DNA from: Candidatus Oxydemutatoraceae bacterium
GTDB taxonomy: Bacteria; Pseudomonadota; Gammaproteobacteria; Poriferisulfidales; Oxydemutatoraceae
Direction of reading: 5' to 3'
Assembly: GCA_965218975.1 (NCBI GenBank)
Contig: OZ244717.1
Span: 1,728,001-1,792,000 of the forward strand
DNA length: 64,000 nucleotides
Of this stretch, positions 17,254-26,809 are shown piece by piece. The first letter of the stretch is position 1, and each line of letters begins with the position of its first letter. The notes under the pieces were generated by a model. The model searched no databases. It was given only the letters and a program-made list of their open reading frames with translations, and was not told the DNA's origin. A program made the translations under genes and the position numbers.

Positions 17254-19107
17254 TTAAGGCGCCTCATGTAATCGCCGGTGGATTAATTTTGCCAGCTGCA
17301 GACTAACCCCCGGAACTTTACTAATCTCTTCAATTCCGGCACGGGCGACACTCTGCAAACCGCCAAAATACCTCATCAAGTTATGCCGACGTTTTGGCCC
17401 CAGCCCAGGTAATTCTTCCAGTAAAGAATGTTGTTGCTTCTTGGCGCGTAAGTTACGATGTCCGGCAATCGCAAAACGATGCGCCTCATCACGAATTTGT
17501 TGGACTAAATGCAGCACCGCGCTATTCGTTTGCAAAGTCACTGTCTTCCCTTCTCGTTCCAACAGCAATGTTTCCCATCCCGGCTTACGTGAACGACATT
17601 TCGCAACCGCGATTACAATAACCTTGTGAACGACCAACTCCTTCATCACCTCTTGCGCTCGTTTCAACTGCCCCTTACCACCATCAATAAATAAAATATC
17701 CGGAATACATCCTTCGCCGGCCAGCAGCCTGCGATAATGACGTGTCAGCGCCTGACCCATTGCCGCATAATCATCACCGGCCGTGATACCGAGGATATTA
17801 AAACGACGATAATCTTTTTTCAAAGGACCTTCGCTATCGAACACGACACATGACGCGACAGTCGAGTCGCCCATCGTATGACTAACATCAAAACACTCCA
17901 TTCGCGTCGGCATCTCAGACAAGCCCAATGTTTCTTGCAAACTTATGAGGCGCCTTCGCATGCTGCTTTTTGACGCAAGCCGTAACGATAACGCACATGC
18001 TGCATTTTCCTGTGCAATTTCAAGCCACTTGCGTTTGCGTCCACGCACATTTGCGGCAATTTTAACTTTATGCCCGGCTTTGTTTTCCAGCATCATTCGC
18101 AAAGATTCGACATCAGAGGGTCTCTCGTGCAGGACAATTTCATTTGGGATTTTATGCGACAGATAATACTGTCCCAAAAATGCGGTGAGCATTTCATTAA
18201 TCGACAATTCATGATTCCCTTGAGGGAGACGCGGATAATAAGATCGGCTACCGATGTTCAGCCCTCCGCGCACATAAATAACCTGCATGCAAACCGCCCC
18301 ACCTCGATACTCACAGGCAATAATATCCAGTTCACCACGACCGGCATTCATATACTGGCGCTCCGATACCTGCCGTAGCGTTTCGACTTGATCACGATAT
18401 TGTGATGCTTTCTCATATTCCTGCAGTTCCGCCGCGCGGTCCATACGTTCAACAAGCGTACGAATCAATCGCTCGCTATTTCCCGATAAAAATTCCACCG
18501 CAAGTTTTAAACTATCATGATACGCGGCCGGATCAATATAATTCACACACGGCGCACTGCAACGTTTAATCTGGTACTGCAAACATGGGCGAGTACGATT
18601 CTTAAAAAAACTATCCCGGCATTGCCGTAGCTGAAATAACTTAAACAACAAATTTAAAGTCTCGCGCACCGCGCTCGCGCTCGGATAAGGACCAAAATAC
18701 TTTCCCGGCCGCTTACGCGAACCACGATAGAAGCTTAGACGCGGAAATTGATCATCCGAAGTCACTCGAATGTACGGGTAACTTTTATCATCACGCAACA
18801 GAATGTTATAGCGCGGACAATATCCCTTAATCAGATTGTTTTCCAACAGCAAAGCTTCCGCTTCGGTGTGAGTGACCGTTGCTTCAATGTGCGCTATTTG
18901 CTCAAGCAAAAGACGTGTTTTTGCACTATGCCCGTAATTGCGAAAATAGCTTGCGACCCGTTTCTTCAAGTTTTTTGCCTTGCCGACGTACAACACTTTC
19001 CCTTGCCCATCAAACATGGTATAAACACCACATCGTTGAGTGAGATTTTGCACAAATTCAGCGGGATCAAATATGCCGCTACCGCTATGAAATTCCCGAG
19101 TCATCAA
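17254..19107 (-). CDS. uvrC: Excinuclease ABC subunit C
   Basis: GIY-YIG (GVY...YVGKAKNL), ECFDVSH, IDGGKGQ, RDEAHRFA, C-terminal HhH. Confidence 0.97.
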   Translation of the reverse strand: MMTREFHSGSGIFDPAEFVQNLTQRCGVYTMFDGQGKVLYVGKAKNLKKRVASYFRNYGHSAKTRLLLEQIAHIEATVTHTEAEALLLENNLIKGYCPRYNILLRDDKSYPYIRVTSDDQFPRLSFYRGSRKRPGKYFGPYPSASAVRETLNLLFKLFQLRQCRDSFFKNRTRPCLQYQIKRCSAPCVNYIDPAAYHDSLKLAVEFLSGNSERLIRTLVERMDRAAELQEYEKASQYRDQVETLRQVSERQYMNAGRGELDIIACEYRGGAVCMQVIYVRGGLNIGSRSYYPRLPQGNHELSINEMLTAFLGQYYLSHKIPNEIVLHERPSDVESLRMMLENKAGHKVKIAANVRGRKRKWLEIAQENAACALSLRLASKSSMRRRLISLQETLGLSEMPTRMECFDVSHTMGDSTVASCVVFDSEGPLKKDYRRFNILGITAGDDYAAMGQALTRHYRRLLAGEGCIPDILFIDGGKGQLKRAQEVMKELVVHKVIVIAVAKCRSRKPGWETLLLEREGKTVTLQTNSAVLHLVQQIRDEAHRFAIAGHRNLRAKKQQHSLLEELPGLGPKRRHNLMRYFGGLQSVARAGIEEISKVPGVSLQLAKLIHRRLHEAP

Positions 19108-19747
19108 TCATACGCCTCGCTGCTTGAATAACAGCATGAAACCCCCGTTCAGTCAAGCGACCGGTCTGCACGTTATAACGGCTACAATGATAAGAATCCA
19201 ATAAAAGCTCGCCCATCGGCAACACGTGTTTCACACCATGCCGAAACCGGTAATGTGCTAGCTTTAGTCCCAACGCTTTGAGCGTAGCACGGTGTGCAAT
19301 ATGTCCTAATGCAAGAATTACGGCGCAGTTATGCAAACGTTCAATCTCAGCGCGCAAAAATTGATTGCAGATACCGATTTCCTCGTTAGTCGGCATATTG
19401 TTCGGCGGAAGACATTTCACCGCGTTTACAATCCGGCAAGCTCGCAGATACATTCCGTCGGTAACGGATTCGGCGCTCGCTCGCGTAGCAAAACCGTAAC
19501 GGTGCAGGCTTTTATATAGCAGAATTCCGGCATAGTCGCCGGTAAATGGTCGCCCGGTACGGTTAGCGCCATGCTTTCCCGGCGCTAATCCGACTATTAA
19601 AAGATACGGATGACTAACGCCAAACGATGGTACCGGTGCGCAATAATAATCGGGATGTTGTTTTTTAACTTGTCGCAAATAACGGACTAGCCGATGGCAG
19701 CGAGTACAGTCGATATCGAACAGCGGTACAGTCATGCCATCGTGCAA
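19085..19747 (-). CDS. Uracil-DNA glycosylase, family 5 (UdgB-like, Fe-S)
   Basis: CTRCHRL, GLAPGKHGANRTGRPFTGD, NAVKCLPP, SYHCSRYN. Confidence 0.9.
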   Translation of the reverse strand: MHDGMTVPLFDIDCTRCHRLVRYLRQVKKQHPDYYCAPVPSFGVSHPYLLIVGLAPGKHGANRTGRPFTGDYAGILLYKSLHRYGFATRASAESVTDGMYLRACRIVNAVKCLPPNNMPTNEEIGICNQFLRAEIERLHNCAVILALGHIAHRATLKALGLKLAHYRFRHGVKHVLPMGELLLDSYHCSRYNVQTGRLTERGFHAVIQAARRMIDDSGIS

Positions 19748-20689
19748 CTAAAATCTAAGTAGCGCCGCCCCCCAAGTAAAGCCGCCACCGAACGCTTCAA
19801 GCATTACAGTTTGACCGCGTTGTATGCGCCCGTCGAGTACCGCCTCATTAAACGCCAACGGAACCGATGCGGCGGAAGTATTGCCATGCATATCAACCGT
19901 TTGCACTACTTGCGACATTGGCATTTCTAATTTTTTTGCGGTTGCCGCGAGAATCCGAGAGTTCGCCTGATGAGGCACCAACCAATCAATATCCGATCTT
20001 TTAAGCTGGTTGGCCGCTAATGTCTCATCAACAATTCGCCCCATAGTATTGACTGCCATCTTAAAGACTTCGCTGCCTTGCATTTGAATTGCATCTTTCC
20101 CCGCTTGATTTTTTGACACATGCAAAAGTTTCTCATAATTGCCATCGGCATGAATATGTGTCGAATAAATCCCCGGCTCCGATGCTGCTTGCAAAACAAA
20201 TGCACCGGCACCATCGCCAAACAAAACACAGGTCGCGCGATCATCCCAATCAATAATTCGCGACAATACTTCGCTACCGACGACCAACGCGCATTTGGTG
20301 CGGCTGGCACGAATAAAGCAATCGGCAATTGCAAGTGCATAAATAAAACCGGTGCAAACCGCCTGCACGTCAAATGCCGGACAATCGCGTACACCTAAAC
20401 GGCTTTGTAATAAGCATGCGGTGCCGGGGAAAACTTTATCCGGTGTTGTCGTTGCCAGAATGATGCAATCAAGGTCCTGTATCCGCACCCCAGCCATCTC
20501 TATTGCGGCATGCGCAGCATACTCGGCAAGATCGCAAGTACTTTCATCTTCAACAATATGACGCTGATGAATGCCAGTGCGCTCACGTATCCATTGATCG
20601 GAAGTGTCCACTAACTTTTCCAAATCATGATTAGTCAGTATCTTAGGCGGTAAATATCCGCCGGAGCCGGCAATGATCGAGTGCATCAT
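19748..20689 (-). CDS. fabH: 3-oxoacyl-ACP synthase III
   Basis: [33 protein letters not shown]. Confidence 0.97.
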   Translation of the reverse strand: MMHSIIAGSGGYLPPKILTNHDLEKLVDTSDQWIRERTGIHQRHIVEDESTCDLAEYAAHAAIEMAGVRIQDLDCIILATTTPDKVFPGTACLLQSRLGVRDCPAFDVQAVCTGFIYALAIADCFIRASRTKCALVVGSEVLSRIIDWDDRATCVLFGDGAGAFVLQAASEPGIYSTHIHADGNYEKLLHVSKNQAGKDAIQMQGSEVFKMAVNTMGRIVDETLAANQLKRSDIDWLVPHQANSRILAATAKKLEMPMSQVVQTVDMHGNTSAASVPLAFNEAVLDGRIQRGQTVMLEAFGGGFTWGAALLRF

Positions 20690-21720
20690 ACGTCACTACC
20701 CGCTTTCAACATCACTTCCAGTGCCTTATCCAATAACTGAGGCACTTGTTTCAAAGCTTCAGTGCGAGCGACTTTAATCGCATTTTTAAATCCGACCGAG
20801 CTTGCCCTGCCATGGCTTTTAATAACCACACCTTGCAAACCTAACAAACTGGCACCATTGTATTTTTCAAGATTAACTCTTTCACGCACTGATTTCAGAA
20901 TCGGCTTAATTCCTAAAGCTGCGATTTGATTCAAATAATTCTGTTTGCATGCTTGCTTGAACAATTGCAAGACAAATGCGTACGTTCCCTCCATTGACTT
21001 CAATGCAATATTCCCAACGAATCCGTCGGCAACCACCACGTTGACAGAACCTTCATGCAAGTGACTACTCTCAACGTAACCGATATAATTTAATGAACTT
21101 TCTCGCAGTAAAGCATTGGCCGCTTTAATTTGATCATTCCCTTTAATGGCTTCTTCACCTACATTCAGCAAAGCGACCCGCGGACTTGGTATATCATCCA
21201 CTACCGAAGCAAGCATGGACCCCATTACCGCAAACTGATACAAGTGCTCCGCTTTACAGTCGATATTGGCACCTAAATCGAGCATGTAAATATGTCCAGC
21301 CACAGTCGGAACCATCGCGGTAATTGCCGGACGCTCAATCCCGGCCAAAGTACTTAGTACATAACGTGAAATCGCCATCAATGCTCCCGTGTTACCGGCG
21401 CTAACACATGCTGCGGCAGTACCATCTTTGACCAAATTAACCGCGACCCGCATAGACGACTGACGCTTTTTACGTAGCGCACGCGTCGGTTCTTCATCCA
21501 TCGCAATAGTTTCAGGAGCGTGCACCAAACGCAGGCGTTGCTCCGGTAATGAAGAATCTTGACGTTCGTCGAGAAACGCTTGCAGCGCTTGCATATCACC
21601 TACTAATATTAATGCAATGTCTTCACATTCGGACAGTGTGGATAATGCAGCGGGAATTGTCGTGTCCAGTCCGAAATCACCGCTAGCGGCATCAATGGCG
21701 ATCGTGATCGGTACGGTCAT
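20686..21720 (-). CDS. plsX: Phosphate acyltransferase
   Basis: [42 protein letters not shown]. Confidence 0.96.
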   Translation of the reverse strand: MTVPITIAIDAASGDFGLDTTIPAALSTLSECEDIALILVGDMQALQAFLDERQDSSLPEQRLRLVHAPETIAMDEEPTRALRKKRQSSMRVAVNLVKDGTAAACVSAGNTGALMAISRYVLSTLAGIERPAITAMVPTVAGHIYMLDLGANIDCKAEHLYQFAVMGSMLASVVDDIPSPRVALLNVGEEAIKGNDQIKAANALLRESSLNYIGYVESSHLHEGSVNVVVADGFVGNIALKSMEGTYAFVLQLFKQACKQNYLNQIAALGIKPILKSVRERVNLEKYNGASLLGLQGVVIKSHGRASSVGFKNAIKVARTEALKQVPQLLDKALEVMLKAGSDV

Positions 21721-21777
21721 CTTGCCAACTATCCACAGCGCAAAAAACTAAACAGGACCTATATTGAAGTTTGGTAC

Positions 21778-21987
21778 TCAGACTTCGTCTTCTTCCAATC
21801 GTTCGTTTTCACTCGGCTTAGGCGGAATAATTTCTCGTCCGCGATAAAAACCGTCAGGAGCAATATGATGACGTAAATGACTACTGCCCGTAGTCGGATC
21901 TATTGAAAGCGCTGCTGCTTTCAAGTAATCATGCGACCGACGCATTGCACTCTTTGATCGTGTCTTCTTATTTTTTTGCACTGCCAT
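21778..21987 (-). CDS. rpmF: 50S ribosomal protein L32
   Basis: [12 protein letters not shown]...RRSHD...HLRHHI...GFYRG. Confidence 0.96.
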   Translation of the reverse strand: MAVQKNKKTRSKSAMRRSHDYLKAAALSIDPTTGSSHLRHHIAPDGFYRGREIIPPKPSENERLEEDEV

Positions 21988-22002
21988 GAAAATCTCCGCC
22001 TA

Positions 22003-22515
22003 TTAATTTGATAGCCTTTTTAAGATAGAGAATGGATTCTGTGTTTGCATTTTTTCCCGAGAATACTGAATTTCTTTTAGCATTGTCGAATCGCAGTAAG
22101 CTCGATTTTGATGCATCGGAAATTGCGGCAACTGTAAAAGTAATTCATCCTCTACCAAAACAGCCAAATCCAGCTCCTCGTTTTCACAAAGAATGAGATC
22201 TTTGTCATTGTCAATGTTCCGAGCGCTCTCTTCACTTCGTGCAATAAACAAATAGCTCCTAACATTCAATTCTTGTCGTAGGTCTTCCAAACAACGGCAA
22301 CATTGCAGAACTAATTCAACTTGCAGAATAATTCCCGCACGTACAACCCCGGCCTCATACTCCGAGAACTCAACATCAGCCCGAACCATGTCTCGCACCG
22401 GGTTACAAATCTCCAAAAACCGCGGGATGCGACTCATCGGCAATTCTCCTACGAGTCTTGTCTGCCTTCGCGCCAACAGATAAGGGCGTACCGACAAGGG
22501 TAAGATACCAGCCAT
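22003..22515 (-). CDS. yceD: YceD/DUF177 family protein
   Basis: CCRCL, LVEDELLLQLP, NPFSILK; upstream of rpmF; true start MAGILP (22515), the longer ORF begins inside an IS. Confidence 0.9.
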   Translation of the reverse strand: MAGILPLSVRPYLLARRQTRLVGELPMSRIPRFLEICNPVRDMVRADVEFSEYEAGVVRAGIILQVELVLQCCRCLEDLRQELNVRSYLFIARSEESARNIDNDKDLILCENEELDLAVLVEDELLLQLPQFPMHQNRAYCDSTMLKEIQYSREKMQTQNPFSILKRLSN

Positions 22516-22560
22516 AATAGCGGTAAATTGTATCCGTTCGTACGATGGAACACAAATATT

Positions 22561-23810
22561 TGTACGTGTCCAATACATTCCGGACAAATGAGGGAGTTGC
22601 CGGGCAATGACTTGATACGGAGCCATGTAGTTCAATCCCCGGTGGGGGCACTCGCCGTTGTAGCGCTGCAAGTAATCAATCATCTACCGGTTAAACTCAC
22701 CGATATCTTCAAGCAGTAACGCTTCCCGATAGTCGATAAACTCTTCCTGGACAGTACGGTTGAAGCGCTCGTTATAAGCATTCATTTTGGGGTACCCGGG
22801 TAAGTATAGCAGTGGCGGATCTTTCGGTGCCGTCGGTCAATACTTGCTCGATTTTGCCCGGTAAGACCGTTTGCACCAAGGCGACAAACCGAGCCGCTTG
22901 GGTGCTATTGCCGCGAGGCACTGCCGACGAAGGCAAAGCGGCTTGAATGATCCGTTGCGGTCGGAATATAGCGTCGGCTGCCTTCGATAAAACAGATAAT
23001 AGTATCGAAAGCAACACAGTGTCCGACATGCTTGGCACCGGCTTTGCGATCTAGACGCGGGCGCGGCGGCTTACGTCGCAACGGTTTGGCTCAACCTTTG
23101 CGATCCAAGCGCTGCGGTGAGCAACGCATCCGATCCGAGGCATCTGAAATCAAGCGTCCGATCGTCGTCGCACTCGAACACAACAGACCTTGCTTCCGGC
23201 ACCACGGCAAGTGCAACACATAAATCTTGTCCCGTCCCTAGTGGGGTATCTTAGGCGCAGACGACGGATTTCCCGGATCAGAGTTCGCGGCCAGACTCAA
23301 CGTCGGCGTTTACGCGGCGTTCTGCTGCGGTCGTGCAAACTGCTCAACCCTCCCTTTTGTGTTTGTTGGCGGATTGTCGGCGGATTGTGCCGGATTGTGC
23401 CGGATTGTCGGCAAAGTGCCTGTCATCCATGACGCGACTGGGTTCTGTCAACAAGCCCCAGCCCCGACGTCCTTGTCGGGTCGTTCGCCGCTGAAAACCG
23501 GTCGGTTTTCCGGGCGCGTCTCACCCTGCCGATAGGCCAGGGCGCCATGCATACAGCATCAAACGACTGATCTTGAATGCATCGCAGACAGCGACCATGC
23601 CATGGTTTTCCTGGAAGGTGAGAATTTTGAGTCGTTGTTTTGCATCGTAAGCTTATAGTGTCCCAACTATGCTCGATTTTAGCGACCCGGTAAAACCCCC
23701 GGATTCGATAGCCTATATGTTGGATTTGTAAGGCTTCTCTTCCTGTCGGTAGGAGTGCCAAATGTTTCTAAGCTTATGCACAAGGTTCCCACTAAATATA
23801 AATCAATATA
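22561..23810 (-). mobile_element. IS481-family relic (subtype B) carrying one R repeat
   Basis: Right end TGTACGTGTCCAATACATTCCGGAC; fragments QIQHIGYRIRGFY, KIEQVLTDG, RFNRTVQEEF, YNGECPH; frameshifts and stops; left boundary approximate. Confidence 0.8.
23410..23530 (-). repeat. R repeat copy 7 (tail extends to ~23354)
   Basis: Reverse complement of R; both ends complete (GGCAAAGTG...CACCCTGCC); tail with four GGATTGT units. Confidence 0.9.
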
Positions 23811-23895
23811 CCTTATACTTCGTATTTTCTACACCGGATATATGCACGCATCAATGCCACTGAAAGATTGAGGGCATGATAAACAGGAGGACAAC

Positions 23896-25458
23896 ATGAC
23901 TATATCTATGGATATCAGGGACGAGATAGAACGCATCCGAACGCTGAAGGACATCAATCAATTGAACGAGTCTACCCTGCAAACTTCTATCGTGTTGCCT
24001 GTATTGCGTGCGTTGGGTTGGAACACATCTGACCCGGACCAAGTCAGACTAGAACATAACGTTGCCAACCATCTAAAAGGAAGGGCAGATATTGCATTGC
24101 TCGGAGACCATAAGCCTCTGGCTTTGATTGAAACGAAAGCTCCGCGTCGCCTGCTGGAAAACGTGGACAAATATCGCAACCAGCTATTTGAATACTGTCG
24201 CTTATTGCAGATAACTTCGGGAGTGTTGAGTAACGGTAAAGAATGGTATTTTTACTATCTCGGAGACTCTACTATACCGGCAGATGTTATAGACCTCCTT
24301 AAAGACGATATACCGCAAAGCGCAGCTAAACTCCGGCGATTCTTAAGTCGAGAGAAAATACTGGACGGAAGCGCTCGTTCATTTACTGAGGAAGCGCTGA
24401 CCCAACGGATCCTGAACAGAGAGTGGAAAAAATTACTTACGGAGGGCGACAGGCAATTGGTTGCCAGACTAAGGAAGGAGGTTAAAATTACTTCCAACGT
24501 GTCAGTAAGCCTCTCACAGGTAGCCGGGTTTCTCAAAGGACGCGCCGACCTGCCGTCGGCGACGCACTCAATTGAACAAAGCATGGAAGTTGCGGAGACT
24601 AACACCGCAGCTACCTCAACACAATTGACAAAGCCCGACAATGTAAGCTCTCGAGTGTCTGCACCATCGGCTGACGTCACAGCTACCTCAACGCAATCAA
24701 CGGAGCTGCCTAAGGACCAAAGCCACACTAAGCAGCGGCCCACGCATATTCAGGCATTCGGAAAACGTATAGAGTGCGCCACATGGAAAAGTGTCTTGGT
24801 AGAGTTTCTGCTTGAGCTATATGCACGCCACCCTGATTTATTCCAACGTTTAACGGACGCACCGAAAAGGTCGGTTCCGTATCAGCCGAAATTCGCACAA
24901 GATCGTGAGAAACTAAGATCGGTGGGTGTGCCGCGCAAGATAGGTGAATCGGGATATTGGGTGGAAACTTGGGGTGGCAGGAAGGGCACCGAACAGTACT
25001 GTCGTGCCGTTCAGCAGCTGCTTAACCTGCCTGAGGACACGCTGGTTATACATTCGGCTGACATTGTAGCTACCTCAACGCAACCAGCAAAACCGCCTAA
25101 GGACCAAAGTCACACTAAGCAGCAGCCCACGCATATTCAGGCATTCGGAAAACGTATAGAGTGCGCCACATGGAAAAGTGTCTTGGTAGAGTTTCTGACT
25201 GAGCTGCACGCCAGCCACCCTGATTTATTCCAACGTTTAACGGACGCACCGAAAAGGTCGGTTCCGTATCAGCCGAAACTTGCAAAAGATCGTGAGAAAC
25301 TAAGATCAATGCGTGCGCCGCGCAAAATAGGTGAATCGGGATATTGGGTAGAAACCAAAGCTAGCAGTGACGCCATCGAAAAGCACTGCCGTGCCGTTCA
25401 GCAGCTATTCAACTTGCCTGAGGACACGCTGGTTGTGCATTCATCCGATCAACACTGA
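23896..25458 (+). CDS. HsdR_N-like PD-(D/E)XK nuclease fused to two tandem SeqA-C-like domains
   Basis: NE...LPVLRALGW...E...RADIAL...IETK...QLFEY...LSNG nuclease pattern; RBS AGGAGG; C-terminal domain duplicated; the SeqA similarity is judged by eye. Confidence 0.75.
   Translation: MTISMDIRDEIERIRTLKDINQLNESTLQTSIVLPVLRALGWNTSDPDQVRLEHNVANHLKGRADIALLGDHKPLALIETKAPRRLLENVDKYRNQLFEYCRLLQITSGVLSNGKEWYFYYLGDSTIPADVIDLLKDDIPQSAAKLRRFLSREKILDGSARSFTEEALTQRILNREWKKLLTEGDRQLVARLRKEVKITSNVSVSLSQVAGFLKGRADLPSATHSIEQSMEVAETNTAATSTQLTKPDNVSSRVSAPSADVTATSTQSTELPKDQSHTKQRPTHIQAFGKRIECATWKSVLVEFLLELYARHPDLFQRLTDAPKRSVPYQPKFAQDREKLRSVGVPRKIGESGYWVETWGGRKGTEQYCRAVQQLLNLPEDTLVIHSADIVATSTQPAKPPKDQSHTKQQPTHIQAFGKRIECATWKSVLVEFLTELHASHPDLFQRLTDAPKRSVPYQPKLAKDREKLRSMRAPRKIGESGYWVETKASSDAIEKHCRAVQQLFNLPEDTLVVHSSDQH
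24667..25450 (+). repeat. Intragenic tandem duplication, period 387 bp (129 codons)
   Basis: TCGGCTGAC at 24667 and 25054; long identical tracts between the two copies. Confidence 0.95.
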
Positions 25459-25709
25459 CTTTGATGCGACGGCCTTAAGACACAGCGGTGCCGACACATT
25501 GGTTACGCATTCTTCCGATCAACCCAGGTAACGACCGCCTGTGTATTCTGTCTGCGGCATGGTTTCCGGTGTTCACAAGTCTGGCTCGCTCATTTCGGCC
25601 GGCGGCAATAAGTGATACGAATGGAACGTATCGAGAGTCCCCTTAAAAACTTAAGCAGCAACGGCTATCACCGGTCGGTTGAAGCGCACGAGCAAGGGAG
25701 GGTTTTCAA

Positions 25710-26495
25710 TTGAGTTGGTGGGGCAAAGTGATAGGGGGCACATTGGGGTTCATGCTCGGCGGCCCCCTCGGTGCCCTGCTAGGCGCTTCCCTGGGTCATT
25801 CGATAGACAGCAGCTTTTCCCGCGGAGCGCGAGGACAATATTTTCCGGGTGGTCAAGAACGTACTCAAGCCGCATTTTTTACCGCTACTTTTTCGGTAAT
25901 GGGCCATATTGCCAAAGCCGACGGCAAGGTGTCTCGCCAGGAAATCAATTTAGCGGAAACCGTCATGGATGAGATGCGCCTAAACAACCTGCAACGTAAG
26001 GCTGCAAGGAAATTATTTAATCGAGGCAAACAATCGGAATTCGATATTGAGTCCGTCCTTAATCAGTTCCGCATGGAATGCCATCGCCGGGTAACGCTGC
26101 TGCGTATATTCATGGAGATACAAGTCCAAGCTGCCTTCGCCGATGGACGTCTTGACCCGAAAGAAAATCGTATCCTCGCAAATATCGCCCGGCAACTAGG
26201 TTTCAGATCCGCCGACCTAAACAGAATCATTAATATGGTCAGGGGCACCGGAACTGATGCTGCACCGGACGGACAAACTGCTTCCGACCTCAACCCCTAC
26301 GATGTACTTGGTATAACGCCGGATACCCCACTTCCCGAAATCAAAAAGACCTATAGGAGACTGCTTAATCAGCATCATCCGGACAAACTAGTTGCCAAAG
26401 GACTTCCTGAAGAAATGATCAAATTAGCCAACCAGAGAACCCGCGAAATTAGGCAAGCTTGGAAAAACATTCAAACTCAGCATCAAACCGTCTGA
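25710..26495 (+). CDS. djlA: Co-chaperone DjlA
   Basis: N-terminal WWGKVIGG...GPLGA TM, TerB-like domain (AKADGKVS), J-domain HHPDK...GLPEEM. Confidence 0.95.
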   Translation: MSWWGKVIGGTLGFMLGGPLGALLGASLGHSIDSSFSRGARGQYFPGGQERTQAAFFTATFSVMGHIAKADGKVSRQEINLAETVMDEMRLNNLQRKAARKLFNRGKQSEFDIESVLNQFRMECHRRVTLLRIFMEIQVQAAFADGRLDPKENRILANIARQLGFRSADLNRIINMVRGTGTDAAPDGQTASDLNPYDVLGITPDTPLPEIKKTYRRLLNQHHPDKLVAKGLPEEMIKLANQRTREIRQAWKNIQTQHQTV

Positions 26496-26809
26496 AGCCC
26501 GAAACGCTCGGGGCAGTTAGGCATACCGGCAATGACGTTCGAGGAGTTGTCCGGCTATGAAAAGTTAGCTCCAGTACGGAATTTGTTAGTTTCCCTTCAG
26601 GGGAAAATGTCCGAATCCTACGAAAAGTGTCATGCTCCGGCTATCGAGTGATTGCACACTAATAAAATGCACAATACTTAAGGGAACTTATATGAGACAT
26701 TGAAGTTCATTTAACCGGCAAACTAACTCCAAATGCATCGAATCTATCGTTTCCGAAATGAATCATTTCTTCTTTCTCACAAAATTGGTATATAACGAAA
26801 AAGATTAAC

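Noticed and set aside
24667-25450. Duplicated domain as a DGR template/variable pair
   Set aside because: Differences are not restricted to adenines, both copies are in one ORF, and there is no reverse transcriptase in the window.
26496-26809. att site matching the tRNA-Ala 3' end at the far side of the Hhe-type gene
   Set aside because: No copy of the tRNA 3' end was found here and no integrase is present.
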